Assembly: GCA_965199715.1 (NCBI GenBank)
Contig: CBDATA010000001.1
Location: 224,001-288,000, forward strand
From: Vicinamibacteria bacterium
GTDB taxonomy: Bacteria; Acidobacteriota; Vicinamibacteria; Marinacidobacterales; Marinacidobacteraceae
Length of the DNA: 64,000 nt
Direction of reading: 5' to 3'
Below, piece after piece: positions 18,307 through 27,339 of this stretch; the stretch's first letter is position 1; the number at the start of each line of letters is the position of its first letter. Made by a program: the position numbers and the translations under genes. The notes beneath the pieces were generated by a model. It was not told the origin of the DNA. It did no database searches and was given only the letters and a program-made list of their open reading frames with translations.

Positions 18307-19335
18307 TCAGCCGGCGAGCGCCACCCGCCGCAGAAGGGGGATCTCTTCCAGAATCTGGCCCGCTCCGAGCACCACGCAGTCGAGCGGCTTGTCGGCGCGG
18401 CGCACGTCGAGCCCGGTGCTCTCCGAGATCACGTCCGCGAGCCCCTTGAGCATGGATCCGCCGCCGGTGAGGAGAATACCGTTGGGGATGAGGTCGGCCG
18501 CCAGCTCCGGCGGCGTCTGCTCGAGCACGTTGTGGACTTCCTGGACGAGGCGCTTCACCGACCGTTCGAGGCCCTCGAACACGTCCGACTCCGAAAGCGT
18601 GATCGAGGTGGGCGTGCCCCGCGTCAGGTGCCGTCCCCGGATCTCCATCGTGTCGCCCTCGCCGATGTCGTTCGGGCGGGCCGAGCCGATGCGCATCTTC
18701 ACCCGTTCGGCGGTGCGGTCGCCGACGAGGAGGTTGTGCTGCCGGTGCAGGAACACCCGGATGGCTTCCGTGAACTGGTCCCCCGCCGTCGTGACCGAGG
18801 CGCCGGCGGCGATCTGGGCGAGGGCGATCACGGCCACGTCGGTGGTGCCGCCCCCGATGTCCACTACGCAGTTCCCTTCGGCGCTGCGGACGTCGATCCC
18901 CGCCCCGATCGCCGCCGCCATCGGCTGGTCGATCAGGAAGACCTCGCTGGCCCGCGCCCGCAGGATGCTGTCCCGCACCGCGCGCTTTTCGACCGGGGTC
19001 ACGCTGAGCGGCACGCCGACGACCATGCGGGGGGCCGCCCAGCGCCGCTTGAGCGCCTTCTGGGCGAAGATGCTGATCATCCGCTCGGCGGCCTCGAAGT
19101 CGGCGATCACTCCGTTTTGCATCGGCCGGATCACGTTGACGTCCGCCGACGTCTTGCCGATCATGTTGTACGCCTCGCGCCCGACCGCCTCGACGCGGTG
19201 GGTCGCGTTGTTCATGGCGACGACCGACGGCTCCCGCAGCACGACCCCCTGTTCCTTGGTGTAGACGAGGGTGTTGGCGGTGCCGACGTCCACCGCAAGG
19301 TCAGCGGAGAAGAGGTTCAGCAGGGCTCGAAGCAT
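18307..19335 (-). CDS. mreB: Rod shape-determining actin homolog MreB
   Basis: DVGTANTLV, VDIGGGTTDVAV and LTGGGSML motifs. Confidence 0.95.
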   Translation of the reverse strand: MLRALLNLFSADLAVDVGTANTLVYTKEQGVVLREPSVVAMNNATHRVEAVGREAYNMIGKTSADVNVIRPMQNGVIADFEAAERMISIFAQKALKRRWAAPRMVVGVPLSVTPVEKRAVRDSILRARASEVFLIDQPMAAAIGAGIDVRSAEGNCVVDIGGGTTDVAVIALAQIAAGASVTTAGDQFTEAIRVFLHRQHNLLVGDRTAERVKMRIGSARPNDIGEGDTMEIRGRHLTRGTPTSITLSESDVFEGLERSVKRLVQEVHNVLEQTPPELAADLIPNGILLTGGGSMLKGLADVISESTGLDVRRADKPLDCVVLGAGQILEEIPLLRRVALAG

Positions 19336-19487
19336 TCTTTGGGCGCGGGGAGAAGCCAGAACGTGAACTCAGGCAATGGACGGCACCACGCTATAGTATC
19401 TGGGTTGGGCGCCCGGATTGCAACGCCCCCGGGATCCGCCCCTCGATTGCGGCGCGATCGCCGCAAACGGTACGATCACGGGTTCTC

Positions 19488-21388
19488 ATGATTCTCGAGT
19501 ACTTCCGCGACCGGAGATCCGTGGGGTGGTCGCCGGCGCGGCGCTGCTGATCCTGGTGATCCTCGCGTTCATCGCGCTCTACATCCCGGATTTCCTCGGC
19601 GATCCCAATCAGGCGCTCAACAACCGGGAAGTCGCGTGGGTCGATGGCGAACCGATCCGGGCGAGCGACTTTCTCGGCCAGTACCGGCAGGTCTCGCGCC
19701 AGTACCAGGAGCAGATGGGGGACGCCTTCACCCCGACGTTCGCGCGTCGCATGGGGCTTCCGCTCTCGGTCGTGGGAGAGATGATCCAGCGCCGGGTGCT
19801 CGTCGCCGAGGCGCGCCGGCACGGGATCGAGGTCACCGATTCGGCGGTCGGCGAAGCGATCCGGACGCTGCCCGCCTTCCAGCGGAACGGGACCTTCATG
19901 GGCCGGGAGGCGTACCTCGACCTGCTCTCCATGAACCGGCTGACGCCGAGGGATTTCGAGGCCTCGGTGCGCGACGACCTATTGGTCGAGCGGCTGCGCG
20001 CCATGGTCACCGGGCCGGCCGCGGCGTCGGAGGAGGAGCTGCGCGACGAGTACCGCAAGCGCAACGAGAGCCTCTCGCTGGAGCTGTGGCACCTGCCCGG
20101 TTCGGCGTACCGGGGCGAGGTGGAGGTCGCCGTGGAGGAGGCGCGCGAGCGCTACGACGCGGATCCCGAAGCATGGGAAGTCCCGGCGCGGCGACGGGTC
20201 CGGTTCGTGACCGTCTCGCCGCAGTCGCTCGCCGAGGAAGTGAACGTGCTCCAGCGCGAGATCCGGCGGTACTACGACCGGAACCTGTTCCGCTACCAGA
20301 CCGACGCGGAGGCCGAGGCCAGCCACATCTTGCTGATCCCCGAGCCGGGCGAGAGCGAGGACGCGGTCATGGCCGAAGCGGCGGCGCTCGCGGAGCGCGC
20401 CCGCTCGGGCGAGGACTTCGCCGCGCTCGCCCGGGAGCGCTCGGACGACGTGGTCACCCGCGACTCCGGCGGAAGCCTCGGGTCGTTCGAGCCCGAGCAG
20501 TTGCTCCCCGAGCTCGCGGAGGCCATCTTCGCGCTCGAGGCCGGCGGGGTGACCGACCCGGTCCGCACCAGCGACGGCTTCCACGTCGTCCGGGTGGAGA
20601 GCCTCGTCGCGGCGGAGACCACCGCGCTCGCCGACGTCGAGGTCGAGATCGAGTCCATCCTGCGCGAGGAGAAGGCGCAGGAGCTCCTCGCCGACCGCAT
20701 CCCCGAACTCGCCGACCTCGCTCCGGGCGCGGACGGCCTCGACGAGATCGCCGCCCGCTATCCGCTGATGATCCCGCAGGAGAGCGGCCTGTTCGCCGCC
20801 GGGGAGATTCTCCCCGAGCTCGGCTCCGCCGCCGCGGCCGAGGTCGCGTTCGAGCTGGAGGCCGGCGAGGTGGGCGGTCCGGTCCGGCTCGCGAACGGCT
20901 TCGCGCTCGTGGAGCTCATCGAGGAGGAGGCCGCCCACGTCCCCGACTTCGAGGAGGTGCGCGAACAGGTCCTCGAGGACATCCGCGTCGGGCGGGCCGC
21001 CGGACTGGCCCGCGCGGCCGCAGGCGACCTGCTCAGGACGATCGCGGGCGGCGGGGCCCCGGACACGGATCCGACGCCGCTGACCGCCTGGGTGCGGGGC
21101 CGGCCGCTCGGCGCCGCAGGCGCGGTTCCGCTCGAGGAGGACCGGCTCTTCGCCGCCGAGCCCGGCGCCGCGGTCGGGCCGATCGCCACCGATTCCGGCG
21201 TCGCCGTGGTGCGGGTGCTGGAGCGCGCCGGGTACTCGGAGGGCGACTTCGCCGCCGCGCGGGACTCGTTCCGCGGCGACGTGCTCGCCGAGCGGCGCAA
21301 CCTGCTGTGGGCGGCGTTCGTCTCCGCCGCCGCCGAGCGCCATGACGTCCGGATCGACGAGCAGGCGCTGAACGGGCTCATCGGCTGA
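19488..21388 (+). CDS. ppiD: PpiD/SurA-family membrane-anchored peptidyl-prolyl isomerase, apparent 1-nt frameshift near 19529
   Basis: TM anchor LVILAFIALYIPDF, SurA N-domain and parvulin ASHIL..FAALARERSDD..GGSLG. The natural-looking N-terminus MILEYFRDRR (ATG 19488) is in another frame. Confidence 0.85.
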
Positions 21389-21389
21389 C

Positions 21390-21773
21390 ATGCAGCTCGA
21401 TCTCAGGCAGCGCGGCGACGTGAGCGTCCTCGTGCTCGAGGGCCGGCTGGTCGAGGGGCCCGGCAACCGCCAGCTCGGCGAGGCGGTGCAAGTGCTGCTC
21501 GAGTCCGACCGGCTGCGGCTCGTGGTCGATCTGAGCTCGGTCACGACCATCGACAGCGGCGGCCTCGGCGAGCTGGTGGCTTCCGCGCAGCGGCTCACGC
21601 AGGCCGGCGGGCGGCTGAAGGTCATCAACCCGCCGGACCGGGTGGCGCGGGTTCTGGACGTCGCGCGGGTGCTCCCGCTCTTCGAGGTGTTCGAGACCGA
21701 GGACGACGCGGTGCGCAGCTTCGCGAGCGACGACGCCGGCCCGGCGCCGCCCACCAACTCGCATCCGGTCTAG
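21390..21773 (+). CDS. STAS-domain anti-sigma factor antagonist (RsbV/SpoIIAA-like)
   Basis: VVDLSSVTTIDSGGLGELV containing the phosphorylatable Ser. Confidence 0.9.
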   Translation: MQLDLRQRGDVSVLVLEGRLVEGPGNRQLGEAVQVLLESDRLRLVVDLSSVTTIDSGGLGELVASAQRLTQAGGRLKVINPPDRVARVLDVARVLPLFEVFETEDDAVRSFASDDAGPAPPTNSHPV

Positions 21774-21781
21774 GGGACCGC

Positions 21782-23065
21782 GTGGTCCCGGTCGCGGACG
21801 CGCTCGCCTCCATTCTCCGGCTCACGCCGGAACGCGAGGTCGAGGAGGTCGGTCTCGGCGGCGCCTGCGGCCGGGTGCTGCTGGAGACGATCCGCGCCGA
21901 CCGGGACCAGCCGCCGTTCGACCGGTCGCTCGTGGACGGCTACGCGGTCCGCGCCGCCGATCTGAAGTCCGGAGGATCGCTGCGCCTCGTGGGGACGATC
22001 GCCGCCGGTCGGACCGCGGACTTCGAGATCGGCCCCGGCGAAGCCGCCGCCATCATGACCGGCGCCCCGATCCCGTCCGGCGCGGACGCCTCGATCCTCG
22101 TCGAGCACGCGAGCTCGGACGGCCGGACCGTCTCGTGGCCCCTGCCCGAGTTCGCCTCGCTCGCGCCGCTCGAGCCGGGCGCGAACGTCGCCCGACGGGG
22201 CCGGGACGTCCGGTCGGGGACGCCGCTGCTCCCGGAGGGAACCCGCATTTCCCCCGCAGGAGTCGGGCTGCTCGCGACCGTCGGCCGCACCCGGGTGCGC
22301 GTCGGGCGCCGGCCCCGGATCGCGGCGCTCTCGACCGGCGACGAGCTCGCCCATCCCCGCCGCCAGCGGCTCGGCCCCGCCGCGATCCGCGACGCCAACA
22401 GCCACATGCTCGCCGCCCGCTGCCGGTCGCTCGGGCTGCCCACGCGGCGGCTCGGAATCGCGAGCGACGCGCCGGACGCGCTGGAGCGGGCGATCGCGGA
22501 CGGGCTCTCGGCGGACGCGCTGCTCGTGTCCGGCGGAGTCTCGATGGGACGGTTCGACCTCGTGGAGGGCGTCCTCGAGAAGCTGGGCGCGAAGTCGCAC
22601 ATCGCCTCGGTCGCGATTCGCCCGGGGAAGCCGTTCGTCTTCGCGACCGTCGGCGATCCCGTCCGGCGCCTCGTCTTCGGGCTCCCCGGGAACCCGGTGT
22701 CTGCGCTCACGACCTTCGACGTGCTCGTGCGTCCGGCGCTCGACCGGTGGGAGGGACTCGCCAGCCCGGCGCGCCCGCAGGTCCGGGTCCGGGTCGAGGC
22801 CGGGATCGCGAACCCGGGGCCGCGCCGGGCGTTCCTGCCGGTCCGGGTGCGCAGCGGCTCCGGGGGCGAACTGACGGCGCGGCCGATTCCGATCCGGGGC
22901 TCGGGAGACGTCTCGGCCATCGCGCTCGCGAACGGGCTGGTCACATTGCCCGGCGCGAGCGCCCTCGACGCGGGGGCCCAGGCGACGGTCGAGCCGATCT
23001 CCGGATTCCCGGATCCCGATCCCGGCGCGTGGCGCGATCCCCGCGAGGAGGGGCCGCCGTGCTGA
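21782..23065 (+). CDS. moeA: Molybdopterin molybdenumtransferase
   Basis: PPFDRSLVDGYA, IMTGAP, STGDEL, SGGVSMG, RPGKP and GLPGNPVS motifs. Confidence 0.95.
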   Translation: MVPVADALASILRLTPEREVEEVGLGGACGRVLLETIRADRDQPPFDRSLVDGYAVRAADLKSGGSLRLVGTIAAGRTADFEIGPGEAAAIMTGAPIPSGADASILVEHASSDGRTVSWPLPEFASLAPLEPGANVARRGRDVRSGTPLLPEGTRISPAGVGLLATVGRTRVRVGRRPRIAALSTGDELAHPRRQRLGPAAIRDANSHMLAARCRSLGLPTRRLGIASDAPDALERAIADGLSADALLVSGGVSMGRFDLVEGVLEKLGAKSHIASVAIRPGKPFVFATVGDPVRRLVFGLPGNPVSALTTFDVLVRPALDRWEGLASPARPQVRVRVEAGIANPGPRRAFLPVRVRSGSGGELTARPIPIRGSGDVSAIALANGLVTLPGASALDAGAQATVEPISGFPDPDPGAWRDPREEGPPC

Positions 23066-23526
23066 GCCACCTCGACGCCGAGGGCCGGGCCCGCATGGTG
23101 GACGTCGGCGAGAAGCCGGTGACCGCCCGGGAGGCCGCGGCGGAGGCCTTCGTGACGGTGCGCCCCGAGGCGCTGCGGCTCGTGCGCGAGGGGAAGAACC
23201 CCAAGGGCGGCGTCCTCGAGACGGCCCGGATCGCGGGGATCCAGGCGGCGAAGGCCTGCTCGTCGCTGATCCCACTGTGCCATCCGCTTCCGCTGGACCA
23301 GGCCGACGTCGCCGCGACGCTGGAGGACGGCGGGATCCGGCTGCGCAGCCGCGTCCGCTGCCGCGCCTCCACCGGCGCCGAGATGGAGGCGCTGACCGCG
23401 GTCAGCGTGGCCGCGCTCACCGTGTACGACATGCTGAAGGCGGCCGACCGGGGGATGCGCATCGACGGCGTCCGGCTGCTGGAGAAGCGCGGCGGGCGCA
23501 GCCGAATCTGGAAGGCCGATGACTGA
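23059..23526 (+). CDS. moaC: Cyclic pyranopterin monophosphate synthase
   Basis: LSHLD..ARMVDV, LIPLCHP, TGAEMEALT and YDMLKA; GTG at 23059. Confidence 0.95.
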   Translation: MLSHLDAEGRARMVDVGEKPVTAREAAAEAFVTVRPEALRLVREGKNPKGGVLETARIAGIQAAKACSSLIPLCHPLPLDQADVAATLEDGGIRLRSRVRCRASTGAEMEALTAVSVAALTVYDMLKAADRGMRIDGVRLLEKRGGRSRIWKADD

Positions 23527-24349
23527 GGCGAAGCTGCGCCGCGCGCTCGTCGATCTCGATTCGGTGGTCGTGGCGCTCAGCGGCGGCGTGGACAGCGCGA
23601 CGCTCGCGGTGATGGCGCATCGCACGCTCGGGGCGTCGAGCCTCGCGGTCACCGGGGTCAGCCCGAGCCTCTCGGCGCACCAGCGCGGCCTCGTCGAGCG
23701 GGTGCTCGAGGTCGAGCCGCTCGCCCACGAGTGGATGCGGACCGACGAGATCGAGGATCCCGATTACGCGCGCAACGGCTCCGATCGGTGCTTCTTCTGC
23801 AAGCACGAGCTCTACGGCGCGCTCCGCTCCCTCGCCGACCAACGGGGCTTCCGGGCGGTCGCCGACGGGACGAACCGGGACGACCGGGGAGACCACCGCC
23901 CGGGCCGGAGGGCGGCGGCCCGCTACGGCGTCCGCGCGCCGCTGCTCGAGGCCGGCTTCGGCAAGAACGACGTGCGCGAACTCGCCCGCAAGCTCGGCGT
24001 TCCGGTGGCGGAGGAGCCGGCCTCGGCGTGCCTCGCCTCGCGCATCCCGAACCTCACGCCCATCGACGCCGGCCTGCTCGCCCAGGTCGAGGCCGGCGAG
24101 GCCCTGCTGCGGGAAATGGGGTTCCCGAGTTCGAGGGTGCGTCACCACGGCGATCTGGCGCGGATCGAGTTCCCCGCGGACGCGCTGGACCGGGCGCTGC
24201 GCCCCGACGTGTCCGTCCGCATCGCGTCCGGCCTCCGGCGGCTCGGCTTCGACCGGGTCGCGGTGGACCGGCGCGGCTACCGGCCCGCCGGTCTCCAGGC
24301 GCCCTTCCGGCCGGACCGGGACCTGATCGAGCTGCGCGCCGGGGACTGA
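23519..24349 (+). CDS. larE: LarE-family ATP-dependent sulfur transferase (PP-loop)
   Basis: ALSGGVDS, RCFFCK, DHRPG, ASACLASRIP and RVRHHGDLARIE motifs. Confidence 0.88.
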   Translation: MTEAKLRRALVDLDSVVVALSGGVDSATLAVMAHRTLGASSLAVTGVSPSLSAHQRGLVERVLEVEPLAHEWMRTDEIEDPDYARNGSDRCFFCKHELYGALRSLADQRGFRAVADGTNRDDRGDHRPGRRAAARYGVRAPLLEAGFGKNDVRELARKLGVPVAEEPASACLASRIPNLTPIDAGLLAQVEAGEALLREMGFPSSRVRHHGDLARIEFPADALDRALRPDVSVRIASGLRRLGFDRVAVDRRGYRPAGLQAPFRPDRDLIELRAGD

Positions 24350-24352
24350 CCG

Positions 24353-25381
24353 GTGTCGGTCGAGATCACGATCCTCGCCGATCCGGACGCCGACGACGGG
24401 CGGACGATCGAGGTTCGCAGCCTCGCGCGTCCCTCGGGCGACCTCGACGCGCTCGAGGACGCGCGCTGGTTCGCCGGCGGCGATCGCGAGGCGATCGCGG
24501 CGTTCGTGCGGGAGCTTCTGGACCGCCACGGCGGCGGCCTTCGGGAGTGCCGCCGCTGCGGCGCGGTGCGCGACGGCTCGTCGGACCCCCGTTCGCCGTT
24601 CGTCTGCCCGGCGTGCCTCCCCGGCGAGCCCGGCCCCCGCCCCGAGCCGCCTCCCGGCGAAGGACTGGAAGCGCGCTTCATCGGGACCGGCGACGCCTTC
24701 GGCTCCGGCGGGCGCCGCTCGGCGGCGATCTTCCTGCGCGAGCGGGGCGCCCCGACCGGAGCGCTGCTGGACGCGGGCCCCGGTTGCCTCGCCGGGCTGC
24801 GCGCCGAGGGCCTCGGGAGCGGCGACCTCGGCGTCGTCATCCTGAGCCACTTCCATGGCGACCACTTCGGCGGCGTTCCGTTTCTCGAACTGGACCGCTG
24901 GAAGGACCGGGCCGACCCGATCCCGATCTGGACCCCGCCGGGCGGCGCCGACCGGCTCGGGGAGCTCCGCAACGCGCTCTACCCGGACTTCCCCGCGACC
25001 GGCGCGGTGCGCGAGTTCCTCCCCGGCGAGACCGGCGAGCTGCCGTTCGGCGGCCGCGCCGTCGCGTTCCCGGCGGACCACCAGAAGCGCGCCTGGGCGT
25101 ACGGCTGGCGGATCGAACTCGGCGGACGGACGGTGGTCTATTCGGGGGACACCGCGTGGAACCCGCGGATGATCCGCGAATCAGCCGGCGCCGACCTCCT
25201 CATCCACGAATGCACCTCCCGCGAGCCGCTGCCGGGGCATACCGGCCACTCCGACCTCGTGGAAGCGGCGGACGCGATCACCGCCCGTCGGGTGCTGCTC
25301 GTCCACTCCGGGCCCGACGTTCTCGCGCTCGCCGACCCGGTGTTCGACCGGGCGCACGACGGGCTGCGCGTCGTGATCTGA
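24353..25381 (+). CDS. MBL-fold metallo-hydrolase (RNase Z/ElaC-like) with an N-terminal Zn-ribbon extension
   Basis: GTGDAF, SHFHGDH, YSGDT, HECT and LVH motifs; N-terminal CRRC..CPAC. Confidence 0.8.
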   Translation: MSVEITILADPDADDGRTIEVRSLARPSGDLDALEDARWFAGGDREAIAAFVRELLDRHGGGLRECRRCGAVRDGSSDPRSPFVCPACLPGEPGPRPEPPPGEGLEARFIGTGDAFGSGGRRSAAIFLRERGAPTGALLDAGPGCLAGLRAEGLGSGDLGVVILSHFHGDHFGGVPFLELDRWKDRADPIPIWTPPGGADRLGELRNALYPDFPATGAVREFLPGETGELPFGGRAVAFPADHQKRAWAYGWRIELGGRTVVYSGDTAWNPRMIRESAGADLLIHECTSREPLPGHTGHSDLVEAADAITARRVLLVHSGPDVLALADPVFDRAHDGLRVVI

Positions 25382-25384
25382 CCG

Positions 25385-25603
25385 CTAGTCGTCCTTCGCC
25401 CGGGAACTCGAGGCCTCGCTCTCCGACCCGGTGATCGAACGCATGGACTTGCGGAAATTCCGGATTCCCTCGCCGAGGCCCGCCCCGAGCTGCGGCAGCT
25501 TGCCGGCGCCGAACACGAGGATCACGATGGCCAGGATGATCAGGAGTTCCGTGGTGCCCAGCCCGCCGATCAGGAGCGGGAGCGCGAAGAGTGCGGAAGT
25601 CAT
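25385..25603 (-). CDS. tatA: Twin-arginine translocase TatA/E
   Basis: [34 protein letters not shown]. Confidence 0.95.
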   Translation of the reverse strand: MTSALFALPLLIGGLGTTELLIILAIVILVFGAGKLPQLGAGLGEGIRNFRKSMRSITGSESEASSSRAKDD

Positions 25604-25609
25604 ACGGCC

Positions 25610-25615
25610 AGTTTA
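25610..25615 (-). promoter_or_regulatory. Putative -10 box (TAAACT) of a leaderless tatA mRNA
   Basis: 6 nt before the ATG, no SD; includes the upstream gene's TAA stop. Confidence 0.5.
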
Positions 25616-26527
25616 TCCGGTGCGCTCGAGGACGAGGGCGGCGACGGCCATGTCTTCGGCGGCGATCCCCTGGGATTCGAAGAGCGCTCCTCCCGGCGCC
25701 GGGCCGCGTCCGGCGGCGACGACCTCGCCGAGCGTCTCCACGTCGTCCCACCGCAGCTCCCCGGCCTCGACCAGCGCCACGAGGTCCCCGCACTCGATCC
25801 GGGCCTGATCGCGGTCGTCGACCACGATCCGGCCGGCGCGCCGGATCGCGTCCTCGTCCAGCTCGCGCCGCTTCAGCGAGTTCCCGCCCGCCGCGGCGAC
25901 GAAGGCGCCGGGGGCGAGCCAGTCCCCGAAGACCACCGGCTCCCGGGCGCTCGTGACCGCGACCACGAGGTCCTTCTCCCGGACCGCGCTCTCGGCGCTC
26001 TCCGCCGGCAGCACGGGAATCCCGAGCTCGTCGCTCATCTCGCGGGCGAACCGCTCCCGCGCCTCGGGGTTCCGGCAGAAGACGCGCGCCTCCTCGACCG
26101 GTCGCACGCACGCGAGCGCCGCCAATTGGGTGCGCGCCTGGCGCCCGCACCCGATCATGCCCAAGCGGGACGCGCCTTCCGGAGCGAGCCAGCGGGCCGC
26201 GACGCCGGTCGCCGCGCCGGTCCGGATCTGGCCGAGCGCGTCCGCCTCGATCAGCGCGACCGGCTCCCCCGAGCCGGCGTCGAAAACCACCATGAGGAAG
26301 CTCGCGCCGTCGCGCCCGGTGCAGTAGGCCTTCAGCCCGAGCAGCCCGGCGCCGTCGCTCGCGGCGCTCATCGCGTGCAGCATCCGCCCGCCGGCCCGGA
26401 CCCGCTGGCGGGGCCGGTTCTGCGCCGCGCCCCGACCGAGTTCGCCGAAGACCCGCTCCACGGCCGCAAGGGCGTCGGGCATGGGCAGCGCCTCGCGCAC
26501 CGCCTCCTCGCGTATGTGCCGAATCAC
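25613..26527 (-). CDS. Ornithine cyclodeaminase/mu-crystallin family protein
   Basis: GLKAY, IRTGAATG, IGCGRQA, RRELD and FESQG; probable GTG start at 26527. Confidence 0.88.
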   Translation of the reverse strand: MIRHIREEAVREALPMPDALAAVERVFGELGRGAAQNRPRQRVRAGGRMLHAMSAASDGAGLLGLKAYCTGRDGASFLMVVFDAGSGEPVALIEADALGQIRTGAATGVAARWLAPEGASRLGMIGCGRQARTQLAALACVRPVEEARVFCRNPEARERFAREMSDELGIPVLPAESAESAVREKDLVVAVTSAREPVVFGDWLAPGAFVAAAGGNSLKRRELDEDAIRRAGRIVVDDRDQARIECGDLVALVEAGELRWDDVETLGEVVAAGRGPAPGGALFESQGIAAEDMAVAALVLERTG

Positions 26528-26534
26528 CGGGCGA

Positions 26535-26544
26535 AGATTATTCT
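26535..26544. promoter_or_regulatory. Overlapping divergent -10 boxes (TAATCT minus, TATTCT plus)
   Basis: AT island within a 26-bp divergent spacer. Confidence 0.5.
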
Positions 26545-26553
26545 TGCCGCGCA

Positions 26554-27339
26554 ATGGACTCCCCGAACTGGCCGCGGACGATCGGAATCGTGGGCGGCCT
26601 CGGCCCCCACGCCCACGTCGCCTTCGAGTCCTACCTTCTCGCCGAGGCGAGCCGGGCGGCGGGCAGACCCCTGTTCGACCAGGAGTACCCGCCGTGGCTC
26701 GTGTCCTCGCTGCCGCAGACGCCGTCCCGCGTGCGGGCGGTCGAAGAAGGCAGCGACGCCCCGGTTCCGATGCTGCTCGAGAGCGCGTCCCGCCTCAAGG
26801 CGGCGGACTTCCTGTGCGTGCCGTGCAATCAAGCGCACCTGTTCCTCTCCTGCCAGCGCGAGCGGCTCCCGCGCCCGCTGCTCGACATGGTGGACGAGAC
26901 CGTCCGCGAGGTGGGGCGCCGGCTCGTTCCGGGGGAGACCGTGGGGGTCCTCGGCGTGACCGGCACGCTGACCAGCCGGCTCTACCGAAACCGCCTCGCC
27001 CGCGCCTTGCCCGCGCTTCGCTCGGTCACGCTGCTCGATCTTCCCGGCGGGGAGCGGCTCCAGAACGACCTGGTGATGGAGCCGATCTTCGGGAAGGAGC
27101 GCCGCGGCCGCCGGACCGGCGGCATCAAGGCCGGCAAGCTCTACCCGCGCTATCGGCAGCGCCTCCTGCTCGCGGCCGAGCACCTGCGCCAGCACGGCGC
27201 GAGCGTCATCCTCACCGCCTGCTCGGAGATCCCGCTGATCCTCGGGCCGCGCCCTCCCGCCGACCTGCTCGACCCGGTCGCCGTGCTGGCCCGGGAGGCG
27301 ATCGAGGTCGCCGCGGGGCGGCGGCCGCTGCCCGGCTGA
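26554..27339 (+). CDS. Aspartate/glutamate racemase family protein
   Basis: IGIVGGLGP, PCNQAH and ACSEIP (two catalytic Cys). Confidence 0.85.
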   Translation: MDSPNWPRTIGIVGGLGPHAHVAFESYLLAEASRAAGRPLFDQEYPPWLVSSLPQTPSRVRAVEEGSDAPVPMLLESASRLKAADFLCVPCNQAHLFLSCQRERLPRPLLDMVDETVREVGRRLVPGETVGVLGVTGTLTSRLYRNRLARALPALRSVTLLDLPGGERLQNDLVMEPIFGKERRGRRTGGIKAGKLYPRYRQRLLLAAEHLRQHGASVILTACSEIPLILGPRPPADLLDPVAVLAREAIEVAAGRRPLPG

